Below, in pieces: positions 1-13,591 of a DNA stretch of 64,000 bases (position 1 is the first letter of the stretch; each line of letters begins with the position of its first letter). Under the pieces are notes generated by a model that made no database searches, was not told where the DNA came from, and saw only the letters and a list, made by a program, of their open reading frames with translations. The stretch spans positions 175,088,001 to 175,152,000 of the forward strand of contig OZ024742.1 of the NCBI GenBank assembly GCA_964016885.1, written 5' to 3'. Made by a program: the position numbers and the translations under genes. The stretch comes from Eledone cirrhosa (Eukaryota).

Positions 1-510
1 CAAATTTGGTATGAAAACTAGACTAGATGTAAAATATAGGTCCTTGAAAATCTGGTAATAAGCCTGGGTGAGTTGTGAAATGTAGGCCCCATTTCAAAAT
101 GTTCATTAAGTGTTTTAATAATCAGTGCTAAAATATAATTAAACTAGGTTTCACTAAATGTTTTGAAATACAGTCTCAGTGACTTCTCATATTTTGCTTT
201 GCATGGTAAAATTGTTATAACCTGTGTTAATATATGTTTATTATGACCTTTTGTTTGCTCATTATGTCACTCTGAAGTGCAAAACATAAAGTACTAAATC
301 TTATGATTTATATATGGGGCACCAGTATACACTGATATTCCCCCCTCCATACACACGAGCACACATTTCTGTGTATATATCATGACTCATACACTGTTCA
401 CTTTCCTGACATTTGTACATTATTCTATGTACCATACATGTATCTTTGATGAGTTGTAGTGCACCTGAACACTGCACAAAATAACTTTTCATTATTTAAT
501 TGGCATTATT

Positions 511-693
511 TAATTGACAGTATCGGTAGAGGGTTGGACATGCTTTCTAGCATAGAGTTACGCCCCTTTACGATCTGAGTTCAAATCCCGCCAAGGTTAA
601 CTTTGCCTTTCATCCATACGGGGTCGATAAAATAAAGTACCAGTAATGCACTGGGTAATTGCCAGCCTTGTGCCAAAAGTAGAAACAATTATT
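511..693 (+). mobile_element. tRNA-derived SINE, family A
   Basis: A-box-like ttgacagtatcggtaga, B-box gagttcaaatcc, conserved body aactttgcttttcatcc..ggggtcgataaaataaagtaccagt. Near-identical copies at ~6190, 15636, 15829, 21566, 54298 and 55098(-). Confidence 0.8.
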
Positions 694-1474
694 TAAAAGA
701 CATATTGCATACATGATATACGTAAAATTAACCAAAAATAATTGATTTTTAAAAACTAGCACTTTGGAGTAATTATCCCCTTCAAAATCATAGACCCATG
801 CCAAATAGATAAACTAGCATGCTGGTCTGTTCTAACGTGCTTAAGACCGTACATTCTGAAATTGTTACTTAGTATTATGTAATTCTGCCTTATTTTCGGC
901 TAGTTTTCTATTCTCCCAGTAAAACCTCAAGTTGGAATATTTACAGTAGTATTACTATTCCTGATTTATTATATTTTCTTCTTTTCTATCTTTCTTTGTT
1001 TCTTCTTTCCTTCCTTTTGTCTCCCTTTTCTTCCTTGTCCAATTTCTAATCAATCCAATTTACAACAACAGTCTTCTCTTACTTTTGAAATTATGGTTTA
1101 GACAGAAGCAGTAATAAATAATTTGTCAAGTCAATAACTCAATGCTAACACAATGAATTATGAAATGAATGTCTTTGAAAATATTCTGAAGTGTTTCATA
1201 GTTCAGCATATCATTTGCTATTTTTCGTAACACTACAATGTAATCTATAGTAGAAGTTAAAGGTATTACAGTGGCAACATAGTTGAAATAATTATTTCAT
1301 GTAAATGACAATTTTCAAAAGTTACAGCTGAAGTGATGCCATTTCAAAACCAATATTGCTGTGAGTATCCAGTTTAGAATGAATACATATCAATGTGTAT
1401 TGTAAGAGAAAACTAAAAGGGTTGGTGCTAGGAAAGGCATCTGGCTGTAAAATATTGCTTCAATTAGAATGCTT

Positions 1475-1787
1475 TCTTTCATGGAGCCTGCAAGGTTAAC
1501 CTCTGCTTTTGCATTAGTCTATCCTTTATCCCACTGCTTGTTTACCCATAGTTTACACTTATCGCACCATATGGAGTGTCTACCTACTGATTTTCTGCAT
1601 CTTCAGTGCAACCATTTCAATGAAGGCAGCATATTCCTAAGGTCTTCCCTACTTACTAAGACTACTCTGAGGATATTTGATTCAAGATTTAGTTTCCATA
1701 TCTGGAAATTCCTCTCTAAATCATCCACAGATTTAGCTATATGTACTAGGATATCAGCACATAGGAATTCCTATGGGAAGCTGATCT
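1475..1787 (-). mobile_element. Degraded RTE LINE reverse-transcriptase fragment
   Basis: Reverse complement resembles the LLYADD...W...CRK.VGR.SI.C.KCKQWV segment of the RTE at 32845-33864. Confidence 0.65.
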
Positions 1788-1791
1788 AAAT

Positions 1792-3105
1792 GACAACCAC
1801 ACCCAATATAAGTTACACTGGGAGATCCTAGCTAGGGCTAGATCGTATAACGGAAATAAAAGACCATGTGACATCTGCGCCGCTGAGGCCCTGGAAATAC
1901 TCTACGCCACAGACCACATCTTAAACAAAAAATCTGAGGCAATTTCGGCTTGTAAACATAAATTGCACAAAACTTTCCTCTGCTACAGCCCCACGTTATA
2001 CCCTAACGGATAGTACGATCTATACGTGGATATTTTACGTCTTGATGTGGGAGCTTAGTATATGTTTTGTTTATACCATTACTTATTTGCATAGGTAAGT
2101 ATATATTACCCGTATATTTTGTGAAGGTACGTATACCTTCTCGTAGGTATATTTGATTGTTTATGTTATGACGTATAATTTTATATATTCTGGTACATAT
2201 GGTTTGGCTTTGAGTATACGGGTGTTTTGCGTCTGTGTGAGTATGCTGGTTCGTACGTATGTAGGGTGTGTGTATATGTGTACTTCATGTTTTGGTTGAC
2301 TTACGTCTCCGAACATTCGTGTATTTACATGTAGGTATGTGTGTGCGCTTGTTATATACGTATGTATTTATTTATATACGTTTATATAATTATTTATTTA
2401 TTTGTATACACGCATACACACACACACATATTTATATGTGCGTCGTTTTGTATACATATGGTAAGTGTATTGCGTATGCTTGTGTATGTACGTATTTGTT
2501 TGCGTGTATGTATTATTTATTTCTATTACTTCTGTATTGTATTTATTTACTTTGTTCTTACTCTGTAGCGGGGATTCATTCGGTCTCCTAGTTAGAATTT
2601 TAGGCTACGACTTCTGCTATACCATTTACGTGGTTTTGTCTTTGCGTGCTATTGTTCTCCACGCTCCACATATGACGTATTATCTTCGTTTTTTTCGTTC
2701 ATTGCCAGAGAACGTCTCTATGAACCACCTAAGAGAACATTAGTCTACTACCTCTATTATACCATAAACGTGGTTCTGTCTTTGCGCGTAATTGTTTTTC
2801 ACCGCGCCTATTAATGACGTATTATTCGTTTTTTCCCGTTCTTTGCCAGCGAACTTTTCCACGAACCAAAGTATCGTCTTCCTGTCTTCCTCCGGTTGCA
2901 ACGTTTTTTGAAATATCCAGTTCTCAGTTTACAGATTGACTTTGTTAGTTTCAGAAGATCCCGTTAAGGGTGAAAGCAGCGATTATTTGCTTAAACTTTA
3001 ATCTGTTATTTTAATAAATATTTGCTCTACGGTTCTTATATATTTGATATATATTTATCCTTATCGAGCCCTCTTTGGATTTTAGTCTTCAAAGTTATTA
3101 TTATT
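1792..3105 (+). mobile_element. 5'-truncated Penelope-like element (GIY-YIG C-terminus + 3' UTR/pLTR)
   Basis: 1792-2013 reads DNHTQYKLHWEILARARSYNGNKRPCDICAAEALEILYATDHILNKKSEAISACKHKLHKTF..*, homologous to ORF 25541-25774. The UTR has a ~140-bp tandem duplication (2615-2870) and an HHR at 2947. The terminus recurs at 55473-55730. Confidence 0.8.
2947..2997 (+). ncRNA. Type I hammerhead ribozyme, variant core CAGAAGA (U4A)
   Basis: agttt-CAGAAGA-tccc gttaa gggt-GAAA-gca gcgattatt tgc-TT-aaact. Stems I, II and III pair; CUU triplet. Confidence 0.65.
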
Positions 3106-3235
3106 ACTATATATATATATATATATATATATAAAGTATGTGTGTGTATATGTGTGTTCGTTTGTGTGTGTATGTATGTATGTATGTGTGAATGTGTGTA
3201 TGCATACACATGCATATATATATATATGAAACAGG

Positions 3236-4010
3236 AGAAGACCATTGGCATTCATCTTGTCCAAATGTGGAATCGTAAGTCTAGGTAAAAAGCCATGACT
3301 GCCTCCTGGATACTATTCAAGGTAGGGGAATACTCTGAAATGACAGTCATAAAACGTCCCCTTGAAAGAGAAACTATCAGATGCATAATTCGATAGCAAC
3401 ACCTTGTGGTTGTTCCAGTCACTTTGTGACCCCTGTCTTTACAGCAACTTCTACTCCTCCATTTATTTCTCCCCATTTTGCTTCCATTTCCAGAACAACA
3501 TATAGCTGGCAGCCCTCTCTGATAAATGACCTTCACCACAAAGAGTGCAGCTATATCAATATTGTACCTGCTCAATTTTATTCCAACAATAGCAGTTTGA
3601 CCTGGATTTATGGATGATTCCCTCACAAGAAGTGTTCTAATACTCCATGTAGCAACATTCAATGTAATTCTATTCTTTTGAAAATTCTTCTTAAAATTTC
3701 TATTCTTCTTCTTGTTTTTCCAGCTAGTATGAATAGCTGTTGGCCGCGGGTAACTGACCAGCTTTATGGTGGAATAGAGAATGTTTGGATCATCTTTTCT
3801 AAGCCTCTCCCTAGATTTAGGTGTGCAGGATTTTTGAAAGGGCTTCTCAGTGACAAAAGACTCTACCCAAATCAGTTCCTATTCACACATCTGGTAATGA
3901 CATTAAGTAAGCCTTAAGATACCTATATGTAGGTTAGCAACTGTATGCCTCCATCTCATTAGGCCTGTATATATTGCTGCTTCCCCATCGCTGCAGGACT
4001 TTGAAGAGAT
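3236..4010 (-). mobile_element. RTE(BovB-like) LINE 5' part: 5' UTR + AP-endonuclease N-terminus, degraded
   Basis: ORF 3252-3662: NVATWSIRTLL...KLSRYNIDIAAL...RIMHL...FMTVISEYSPTL...FY (APE motifs). Confidence 0.8.
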
Positions 4011-7000
4011 ATCTGTACAAGGAGATCAAAATAGCATGTCGTTCTGATACATAGATGCTGCTCTCTAAGTATCAACTGCCAAATCCCAATGACAAGCAGT
4101 TGCAAGATAATTAGTGGCTATATCAAGTGCAGGGTTTTCCAGATTGTCCTTCTAGCATGAACAAATGAGGTCGTTTTATCAATCACAGGTTTTTCCTGAT
4201 AAACAAAATAAATAAATAAAGGATGAAATAAAAAAGAATTATGAAAAAGTATAAAAGTTATAAAAAATTAAACAATCCAACACATACGAACACATATATA
4301 TTTACCCACCCACACAGTATATAATAAATATTATTTATTGTCTATTCACAATATATAATAGACATTGTTTATTATCTATGCTTATTCAGAAACTGTGTAA
4401 TATGATGACTGCAGCTTGAAAAATTCTGTCTCGCTTATACTCATATTTAGAGTGGGTTGTTAGTTGAGTTTATGGAGTTTGAGTCAGGATATATAGATGA
4501 TGTTTGAAGTAGGAATTATGGATGATGTCTTGGATCTAGTATAGATATTTAGTTTTTAATTAGCTTTGTTTTAATGAGTGTATTTGTTACAAGTTTGGCA
4601 TTTGATGGTTTTATCCACTGGCTTTGTTTTAGGAGTGTATTATTTACATATAGGGCATTCAGTTATAACGTAGTTGCTGTACTTGAGAAAGCAGGGCTTG
4701 ATTTATCAACCATCTGAGGTCACATAAGCCACAGAGAATTCAAGTCATGTGAGAAGATTCTATTTCTACACCTTTCATGGCACATTTTCTATGACTGTGT
4801 CTTAATTTTCAAGTCAGCTGGTGGATGAACCAGACATGGTAGAATGCATGAAGACACAGCCCAGGTAGCAATTATATATATTTAGTTGTGAGAGAGCAGA
4901 TACTACATAGCATGATTCAGTCCCTTCCAGAGTGCAGTAGTTTAGACAACCCACTGAGTGGGTGTCACAATAAAATACACTTAATCCCCTACAAGCCCCT
5001 GTACTGTGGATGATGATTAAACTCAGGCAAAGGCTATGGAATGATGATGATGTGTAAACATAAAACTAATACTTTACGCAATGTTGATTTGACGAAGTAA
5101 AGTTTCCAAACTTGTGTCCAGAAACTAATTTTTACTTAAAGGAAAATTTTGATTTTGAGCAGATTTGCAGACATAACTATTTTTTAATTTGAAGATAATA
5201 CATGATTGTTATCTCATCAAACACCACTTAATTGTTTTCATATGGAAGTGGAAAATTAATTAATTTTTTTTTCTGTAACCATCAACAAGATATCCCTTGG
5301 TTTTTATCGATTCTTTCTACATCTGTGTGTTTATTTTTTCAACCAAAGAATTTAATGCAAATAATTCTGTGTTGTTTTGAAACTACCAACGCTTTCAATA
5401 ATTTTATTATCAGTCTTTTAACTTGGCAACAGTTTCATGGTCCTGTTGAATGGTGTAGTGATTAGTATGTTAGACTCATGATGACAAGATCATGTATTCA
5501 TTTCCTGAGCTAGGTGGTGCATTGTGTTCTAGAAGAAGATACTTTATTTCACATTGCCCCCAGTTCATTCAGCTAAATGAGTTACAATGACAATGGTTCC
5601 AAGCTGTATTAGATTTTGCGTTTTCTATGGACAACATCAGTTTGTAGAGAGAGGAGACATGTATGAATAGATGACTGAAAATATTCCACAAACACTTTTC
5701 CTAAATTGGCACCTTAGATAGGAACTTTCCAGATGCAAACCCAGTCAGTCATAACTGAAAAGGACTTTATTCCAGCCATACTAAGCATACCAAACAAAAG
5801 ATTAGGAGGCGCCTTTAATTGCATCAAAAGCATTGAACACCATGCTTCATGACTTAGAGTTGCAGCATATTATGTTCTGATTTCAAATCCTGTCAAGGAT
5901 AAATTTGCTTTTCATTCTTATTGGATGGATAAAATAGAGTGCCAGTAACACTATGGGGGTTGCTTTAATCTACTTTCACCTCCCCCAAGAACTGTTGACT
6001 TTGTGCTGAAATCATAAACCATACATTCCAAATTCAAATCCCACTGAGGTTAGCTTTGCTTTTATCCTTACAGGATCACTAAATAAAGTACCTAGACTCC
6101 ACTGGGGTCACTTTAATCGACTTTCCCCTCCCTCAAAATTATTGAGCTTATATCTCACTCAGAAACCATTATTATATGACATACCTTGCCATTCTGAGTT
6201 TAAATCCCGCCAAGGTTAACTTTGCCTTTCATCCTTACGGGGTCGATAAAATAAAGTACCAGTAATGTACTGGGTAATTGCTGGCCTTGTGCTAATAGTA
6301 GAAACAATTATATGACATACCAAGTGAAATAAAGAATTAATCTGTTCTGAGAATATTATTTTAGTTTATTGTCATCATTCCATACTCAGACATTTTCATT
6401 AATTTTTAAATCCACATTGCAGAGTGGAATATGACACATAAACAGCTTTATAAATATTTATATATATATATGCCCCCTGTATACAAATGTCCAATGTAAC
6501 TGCGTAATTAGGATGTGCAGAGGTGGAATGAGTCCTCCTTGGACCAACACAGTCTGACTCCATTCCATCTCACAACCAAACAGCACTGCATGGTTCATTT
6601 CAGTGCCCTCCTCATCAAACAGTACTCTTCTTGATGTTGGAAGGACTTGCATCTGAGTGGCTCAGCACCTTGAACTCTACATGTGTGGGTCACACAAATG
6701 TCATTGTGGGGCTGTTGATGAAGAGTTCAGTCTGCACCCACCATCAAGCTGCCACAGTGCCATGTGTGGCAGTAAATTCAGTGAATTATTTTGGATTAAA
6801 TGCCTAGATATTTGTTTGGCTCACTGGAATCTGAGTTCATATCTTGCTGAGATCAACATTGTCTACCATCTTTTCAGGATTTATAAATAAAGCACCAGTT
6901 CTGCAGGCAGGTGTGAGGTTGATGGAATTGTTAAAGATTTAGATGGGATGTTTTGTCATATCTGATCTGGTTCTCTATGTTCTGAGTTCAAACCTAACCT

Positions 7001-7347
7001 TCTCCAACCAGATGTTTCAACCAGCAGAGCATATCAGCTATGAAAAGACCCATAGAAACATTGTTTCCTTGATCCCACCTCATGATTGGCTCCTTTCCTT
7101 TTCCTTGTTTTCATTTATTCAGAAGGCAAATTTAGTAAAATAAGAGATAAAAACTATGAATAACTGAAAATGAAACTGTATAAAGTCCACAAATAAATTT
7201 AAAATATTTCCTTTCATGGCCAAACACACGTCATTTCAAATTAATGAAACTATTCCATTTTATTCCCTTTTATTGTAAATTTAAAATGCCTTTCTTGATT
7301 TTTGTTTTATTTTTTAACAAATAAAAAACAACAACAAATAAACTCAT

Positions 7348-7521
7348 ATGTACTCAAGTTATTTCCCATAGAAACAGTATCACTGCAAAAAATAGATTCT
7401 TCTTTTCCAATTTTCCATTGAAGAATTCATCCTGGAATACTGGTATGATTCATATTTAATTCAATAGCATTTTTGCCTTGTGAGTGTAATTCTAACTAGA
7501 TATTGCTGACTCTACTTCCAT
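7348..7521 (-). pseudogene. Candidate pseudo-exon (174 bp, phase 1-1)
   Basis: Acceptor tttaattacAG; reads GSRVSNI*LELHSQGKNAIELNMNHTSIPG*ILQWKIGKEESIFCSDTVSMGNNLST; donor-like ATgagt (GT lost). Confidence 0.35.
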
Positions 7522-8105
7522 CTGTAATTAAATGAAATTCATTATATTTATTTAGTTGTGCTGTTGTTTTCACTTGTCTTATTCTCCATCCATCTTTCAT
7601 TTTTATTCACAATTCAGTTATAACTAGTTTACAAAAATTTGCAGAAATTTCAAGTTAAAAATATATTTGAACTAAAAGACAATGCATTCTGGTTTTCCGT
7701 TTTATCAATTTACTCCACCTAGCTTTAACTCTTTCATTACTATATTTCAAATGAAAGACACTGCTTGTAACTTTCAAATGATTTTAAAAATAAATAAGAG
7801 TTTGGAGTGTTTTTGTAATATAACTAACTTTATCCTTATTAAGTTCAGGGTAGTGGATTGGCAGTATCAGTAGAGATTCAGACAAAATGATTTTCTACGT
7901 TCTGAGTTTGAATCTCTCCTTGACAGAGTATATACATGTAGACTTGGTTGTGTGTAACTGGTTTAGAATATATGCACTGCAATATACTCCAATAAGGGTT
8001 GGTGCCAGAAACATTACCTCCATAAAACCATGATTAGGTTAAAGTTTTTCAAGGACCCACAAGACTAACCTTTCCTTTTGCAGAGAAAATAGCTATTATA
8101 CTCAC

Positions 8106-8270
8106 ATAACATTGGTACTCAGACATACGTACTCTCAATTGGTACTCAATTGGTGGGAGTAGAAATGTGTACATCCATTTCAATGGCGGATGATTAGAGT
8201 TTTTGTACTTGTTGCCAATTTTGCAATATTAACTGTGATGCACACTGTTCCCTCTTCATCATTTGTTAAT
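8106..8270 (-). pseudogene. Candidate pseudo-exon (165 bp, symmetric)
   Basis: Acceptor gtgcAG, strong donor GTgagt, length divisible by 3; stops in every frame. Confidence 0.3.
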
Positions 8271-8468
8271 CTGCACTATATATATATATTTTATATATAT
8301 ATATTTTTATTTTTTTACACGTATACATGAATTCCATTTTAGGAATTCATGCTTCTTTCAAAAATGTTATGTAGTCTTATGTACAGTTTATTGTAATAAC
8401 TCTCGTATTTTTGAGTTGTTATATCTTCTTCACCTATCATTATCTGTTTTTGTATTTGAAAACGAATT

Positions 8469-8504
<36 letters not shown>

Positions 8505-8639
8505 CATACATATGTATATGATTGACATATGTCCATCTATTAGAGATGATTGGGATGTATTCATCGGCACTTGTGACTGATGCAAGTGACTGAACAATTT
8601 AATATGAAAATGGTATTTTTTTTTTATTCATATGCTGCA

Positions 8640-9700
8640 GATAAGCAAGGATAGCTGTTGATGCTGTTGTTGTCACTCCTTTCTTCATGATCATTTGTTT
8701 GCATGACACCTGCTCCTTGACTGCTCTGGTGTCCGTACACCTATTTTGATATCAAGGCACCAAGCTGCATAGTCACCTGCATATTGTTACCAGTTACTGA
8801 CGCTGATGTTACACAGTCAGCTTGCCATACAATACATCTTTGGGAATGTGACTTGAGACCATTCTTCTCATGTGGACGGGCCAATGAAGATGTCTTTCTC
8901 TGAGGATGGCAAACATACTGCTCATCTTTGCATGTTTCAAGGCGTCTGTGTTTGGCATCTTTTCTTACCATCAGACGTGGAGAATGCGTCTGAAGCACCT
9001 CAAGTGATAGACATTGAGTTTCCTTGCATGACTCATGTATATATTTAATGCCACACTACTGTAGAGGAGTGTGTATACATGCCTAGTAGACTCACCGTTT
9101 GGTTCTCTCAGAAAGTCTGGGATTATTCTAGACCCTCTGATTCAACTTAGACTTAACAGTGCTGCCTTGGTAATCCTATAGTTCAACTCTGCATCAATGG
9201 GGAGAGAACTGGAGAAAGTAGACTCAATATATGTGAAGTTTTTAACAACTTCCAGACTGCATCTATTAATGGCAATGCAAAGGTATGCCCTGACCATAAC
9301 ATTTGTCTCTTTTAGACCGATTGCCAACCCAAACTCCTTCAAAGTGTGGAAGAGATCACTGCCAAGCTGCTGCAGGCCATCTTCAGTGTTTGTAGTCAAG
9401 GCTGCATCATCAGCAAAAAGCATTTCACAGACGAGTATGCTAGGGCAACATGAGCAAATGCCTTCCCAACAATGCTAAGAAGCAAAATTCCTCTGCTGTT
9501 AATACAGTTGGTACAGTCTCCTTTATTCTTGTACAAGATGATGATACTGGTGTCACGCATGTCCTGGGGTATGTAGCCCTGTTCACAGCAGAGCTAGAGG
9601 AATTTATGCAGGGGATGGAGCAGGGAGACTTCCTGATCTTCAAGACTTCTGCCAGGATGCCATCATTCGCCTGGGCCTTTCTGCCAGCAAGGCAGTCAAT
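8640..9700 (-). mobile_element. Degraded, internally deleted RTE(BovB-like) LINE
   Basis: ORFs 9142-9423 (MLFADDAAL...GLAIGLKETNVM...LEVVKNFTY) and 9440-9709 (GRKAQANDGILAEVLK). Confidence 0.8.
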
Positions 9701-9755
9701 TATTAACACAAGTACTAATTATATGAAAATTAGTATGTTCATTTCAGAATAATAC

Positions 9756-9899
9756 TTAGAGCAAATGGGTATAAACACCCATCAAATACATGTTTGCTTG
9801 TGGTTGATTAGATGATATACACATCTTCTGTTGAGGTTTCAATAGAATCCCAAAATCGATTATTATCATTTTTTTAATTCACAGGGAAATTCATATTTT
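9756..9899 (-). pseudogene. Candidate pseudo-exon (144 bp, phase 1-1)
   Basis: ccAG...GTatta; reads NMNFPVN*KNDNNRFWDSIETSTEDVYII*STTSKHVFDGCLYPFAL. Confidence 0.3.
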
Positions 9900-10130
9900 C
9901 TGGTATGTTTACATACATACAAATTAGATTTATGTATATTTGGTTATGTAGTTTGTATTTATACAGATATAATTTTAATATATATATATGTGTGTGTGTG
10001 TGTGTGTACATATGTGCACACACACACACACACACATATGTATATGTGTGTGTGCACATATATAAGGGAAGAAGAAGCTTTTACTTTCTTAACTACATTT
10101 TATCTTAGTTCCTATGTATATATTTATATA

Positions 10131-10363
10131 TATTCTTATGCTTTGGGAGGGTCATGTTGCCAATAAGAAACACACGCACCAGTTGCTTTCACTCCAATTT
10201 ATTATAAATTAAATTTATAAATTTAATTTATAATAAATTGAAGTGAAAGCAACTGGTGCGTGTGTTTCTTATTGGCAACATGACCCTCCCAAAGCATAAC
10301 AATATCGGTTTCAACACATGTTTTCAGATAAAGAATCTTGCTAAACAAATTCAGAAACGAAAT
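10131..10363. mobile_element. Fold-back (inverted) repeat, probable PLE 3'-end remnant
   Basis: Arms 10131-10215 and 10222-10305 are near-perfect reverse complements, with (AT)n flanks. The same sequence starts again at 63970-64000. Confidence 0.65.
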
Positions 10364-11298
10364 ATATATATATATATATATATATATATTTCTCTCACTC
10401 CAACTACACACTATACTAACCATTGCTTCATTCTGAATACTTTTAAATTTTAATTTTCATGCACTCTGCAAACTTTTGCTATTGCATTGCTAACACAAAT
10501 GCACACACGTGACAAATAAACACACACACACACCTCTAGCATTTCTTCATCGACCAGGCTAGCAGTTCATAAGATACTCAAATTCAATACAAGCTGTTAT
10601 TATTACACACAGATGCATACACACACACATATTCATATATACATATGTGCATGCATGTATACATACATATTTTGGAAACCATTTCATTTTTTTTAAACAC
10701 ACTCACATACACACATGCATGCAAACATTGGAATTCTGCAGCAAAACACCATTGTTAACCTACACATACCAATGAAAAACATTCTAATAATAATAATAAC
10801 AATAGCAATATTCCACAAGTTACACATTCTTCAATTAGTACAATTTAAACACACAAACACACACATTACATACATACACACATAATAGTAATCTGATGCA
10901 GCCACACCCACTCTCACTTACATTAGTATGCCCACACAATCATATCCTAATACCAAAATATTTCTATTTATCAATGATATCAATAATGTTCACACACACA
11001 CACACATACACACACACACATTTTAATCAGGTATTTACCTGCTCCTGTACACATTGCAATCTGCTGCACACAAATCACACAAGTGCATCAAATAGCCGCT
11101 TCCATACATACATTTCTATCCACCATATACACACACAACAACGACAACAACAAATGCTCATACCAATCATTTGATATATTACATGATTTTCAGTAGCACT
11201 AACATAATATATTTCATAATATGTAAGTATATGAAACCATATACAATATGGTTATGTATAACATATTAAGTCTTGATGTGGGTGCAGCTTATTCCTAC

Positions 11299-11480
11299 CT
11301 CAATGTCAGGTGAGTAAACATCATTGACGATGGGTAAAAATGCTGAATCACCTATCTCCCTATAACTACTGAAGTACATGTGATATGATCACAGCGTAAA
11401 ACAGTTATATGGGGAGTTATGTGTGTTTGTTGTACATAAACATATTGTATATACCTCTATTCGACCTCATTTTACATTAC
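11299..11480 (-). pseudogene. Candidate pseudo-exon (182 bp)
   Basis: Acceptor-like ttttcAT (AG lost), donor GTagga; reads GNVK*GRIEVYTICLCTTNTHNSPYNCFTL*SYHMYFSSYREIGDSAFLPIVNDVYSPDIE. Phase-compatible with the 85-bp segment 11772-11856 (ttttatcttacAG...GT). Confidence 0.3.
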
Positions 11481-12600
11481 ATGAAAATGTTGTTTTGAAA
11501 TGACTGATTGCTTTGTGTGTCTTAAGGAAGTGGAAAATGTGCCAAATTATGGTCATGACTCTCTAAAGGTATTAGTGTTATAAATTGAAAAGAAAAGTCT
11601 TTAAACTAGAATAGATATTTTTATCATAGACCCAACATTGCAATTCCTCAACATACCTAACAAATTATTTTAACCCTTTTAAGCCAAGCAACTTTAAACT
11701 ACTGGTTTTAGATTTGGTTTAAAGTGTTTATATTTATCTAAAACGCTTCCATCGAAATTGTATATTAAAACCTTTAGAGATGCTGTCATGTCTTTAGCAA
11801 TCACAATGGGTCCTTTGAATGATACAGGGATTTAGTTTGTCACCTAGTCAAATCCACTGTAAGATAAAAGAGAACATCTCTACTCTTTTCAGTTTCCAAT
11901 GCCTCATCATGTTTACATTTAGTGTCACTGGGATTGTAGTGATGGGAGTATCAAGTACAGCACATCACTAATTATCATGATCCTGCCACACATCAGTGTC
12001 ATCTCTAACATGAGGTTCAATTACTTCAGTTCATTCTTCATAACTTCTCTCCATATCTTTTTTGGTTTCCTTCTACCACAGGTACAACATCGCACTTGCC
12101 CATTACATATATTTCTTCTTATTCATAGCTTTTCTCTCAGCTTATTCATACTTTGCTGTTTATGCAGACTAACACAACACATCCAGTGGGCCTTCCAATT
12201 AGTGACACATATAACATAAAAATCTACCTTTCTGGTATAGATAACATAAGATCTCACCTTCTGATATACTTAACATACAATTTTACATTTCTCTTACATA
12301 TAACATAAAATCTCACTTTCTGATATATAGAACACAAAATTGCACATTTCAAACACATATGACAAGAAAATACTACTCTAATACATATATGACAAAAATT
12401 ATGATGACAGAGATGGTAATGCTGTTAATAACAACGATAATGAAGATGACAATAATGATGTATTCCCCGCCCCCTCTTGCCACTCACAATGACAGCCACA
12501 AAAATTATGATACCTATAGTCAGAGGGTAGATTATGACAGTGATGATTAATTTGTATAAAATAGAATAGAAAGGAACTATTGAAAAGGAGATTATATCTT

Positions 12601-12940
12601 TCATTTCATTTCATTTTTCCTTTCATTTTTACGTCCGCTTTTCCCTGCTTGCTAGGGTGGGACGGGAACTGATTCTGGCTTGATTTCTACAGCTGGATGC
12701 CCTTCCTAACACCAACCTCATTTACAGTGAGTGCTGGGTGCTTTTATGCTGTGGTGCCTCCACGTCCACTTTACAGTGGAATGATAGGGACTCCAGTCCC
12801 TATCATCTCATTTCTACAGCTGAGTAAACCGGAGCAAAGTGTCTTGCTCAAGGAAACAACACATCACCCGGTCTGAGAATTGAACTCACAACCTTTCGAT
12901 TGCAAGGCCAATGCTCTAACCACTAAGCCATGTGCCTCCA
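12601..12940 (-). mobile_element. tRNA-derived SINE, family B (RTE-type 3' tail)
   Basis: Minus strand: tggaggcacatggcttagtggttagagc (A box)...gagttcaattc (B box). The 3' half matches the RTE 3' UTR; (TGAAA)n tail. Confidence 0.85.
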
Positions 12941-12995
12941 TCATAATTCAAAATTCACACTTCTCATTTATATACATATGTACATCATATATATA

Positions 12996-13591
12996 TCATC
13001 ATCATCACCATTTTAAGTCCGTTCTTCCACGCTAGCATGCATTTGACGGGTTGTCCTGTTGTAGGCTGTGTCCAGTCGGCTGACCTTGTCTTGCTCATAC
13101 GGGAACTGATTCTGGTTTGATTTCTACAGCTGGATGCCCTTCCTAACACCAACCTCATTTACAGTGAGTGCTGGGGGCTTTTTTGCCATGTCGCCTACAC
13201 GTCTACTTTACAGTGTGGGCTGGGTGCTTTTTTGCCATGGCACCTCCACGACCACTTTGCAGTGGGAGGGGGTGGGGGCATATTGTCTATATGCTTCAGC
13301 TTGTACCCATGGGAAGTCGGGTTTTCTGTATTACTGTGTGACGCCAGAGTTCACGGTCGTGTGTCATCGCCTTTGAGAGGTGCACTTGGGTAAGGTCGGC
13401 TTTTATCACCTCATCCCAAGTCTTCTAGGGTCTCCCCGCTCCACGGCTTCAATCGACTTCTAGTGCTCTCCACATTTTTATGCAGCTCTCATCCTTCATA
13501 CGCATCACATGCCCATACCAACAATCTCCTCTCCTGCACACAGCATTTGATTCCTCTTATGCTCAGTCTCTCTCTCAATTCGTTTATGCTT
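12996..13591 (-). mobile_element. RTE LINE 3' end
   Basis: Reverse complement of 33925-34400 and 35500-36055; (GAT)n tail at ~13000. Confidence 0.85.

Noticed and set aside
1328-1360. Plus-strand micro-exon candidate (also 9885-9902 and ~14460-14553)
   Set aside because: Isolated AG/GT matches with no recognisable peptide or consistent chain; expected by chance.
12870-12940. tRNA gene (also the other SINE heads)
   Set aside because: A and B boxes are present, but there is no clean cloverleaf and each is fused to a SINE body.
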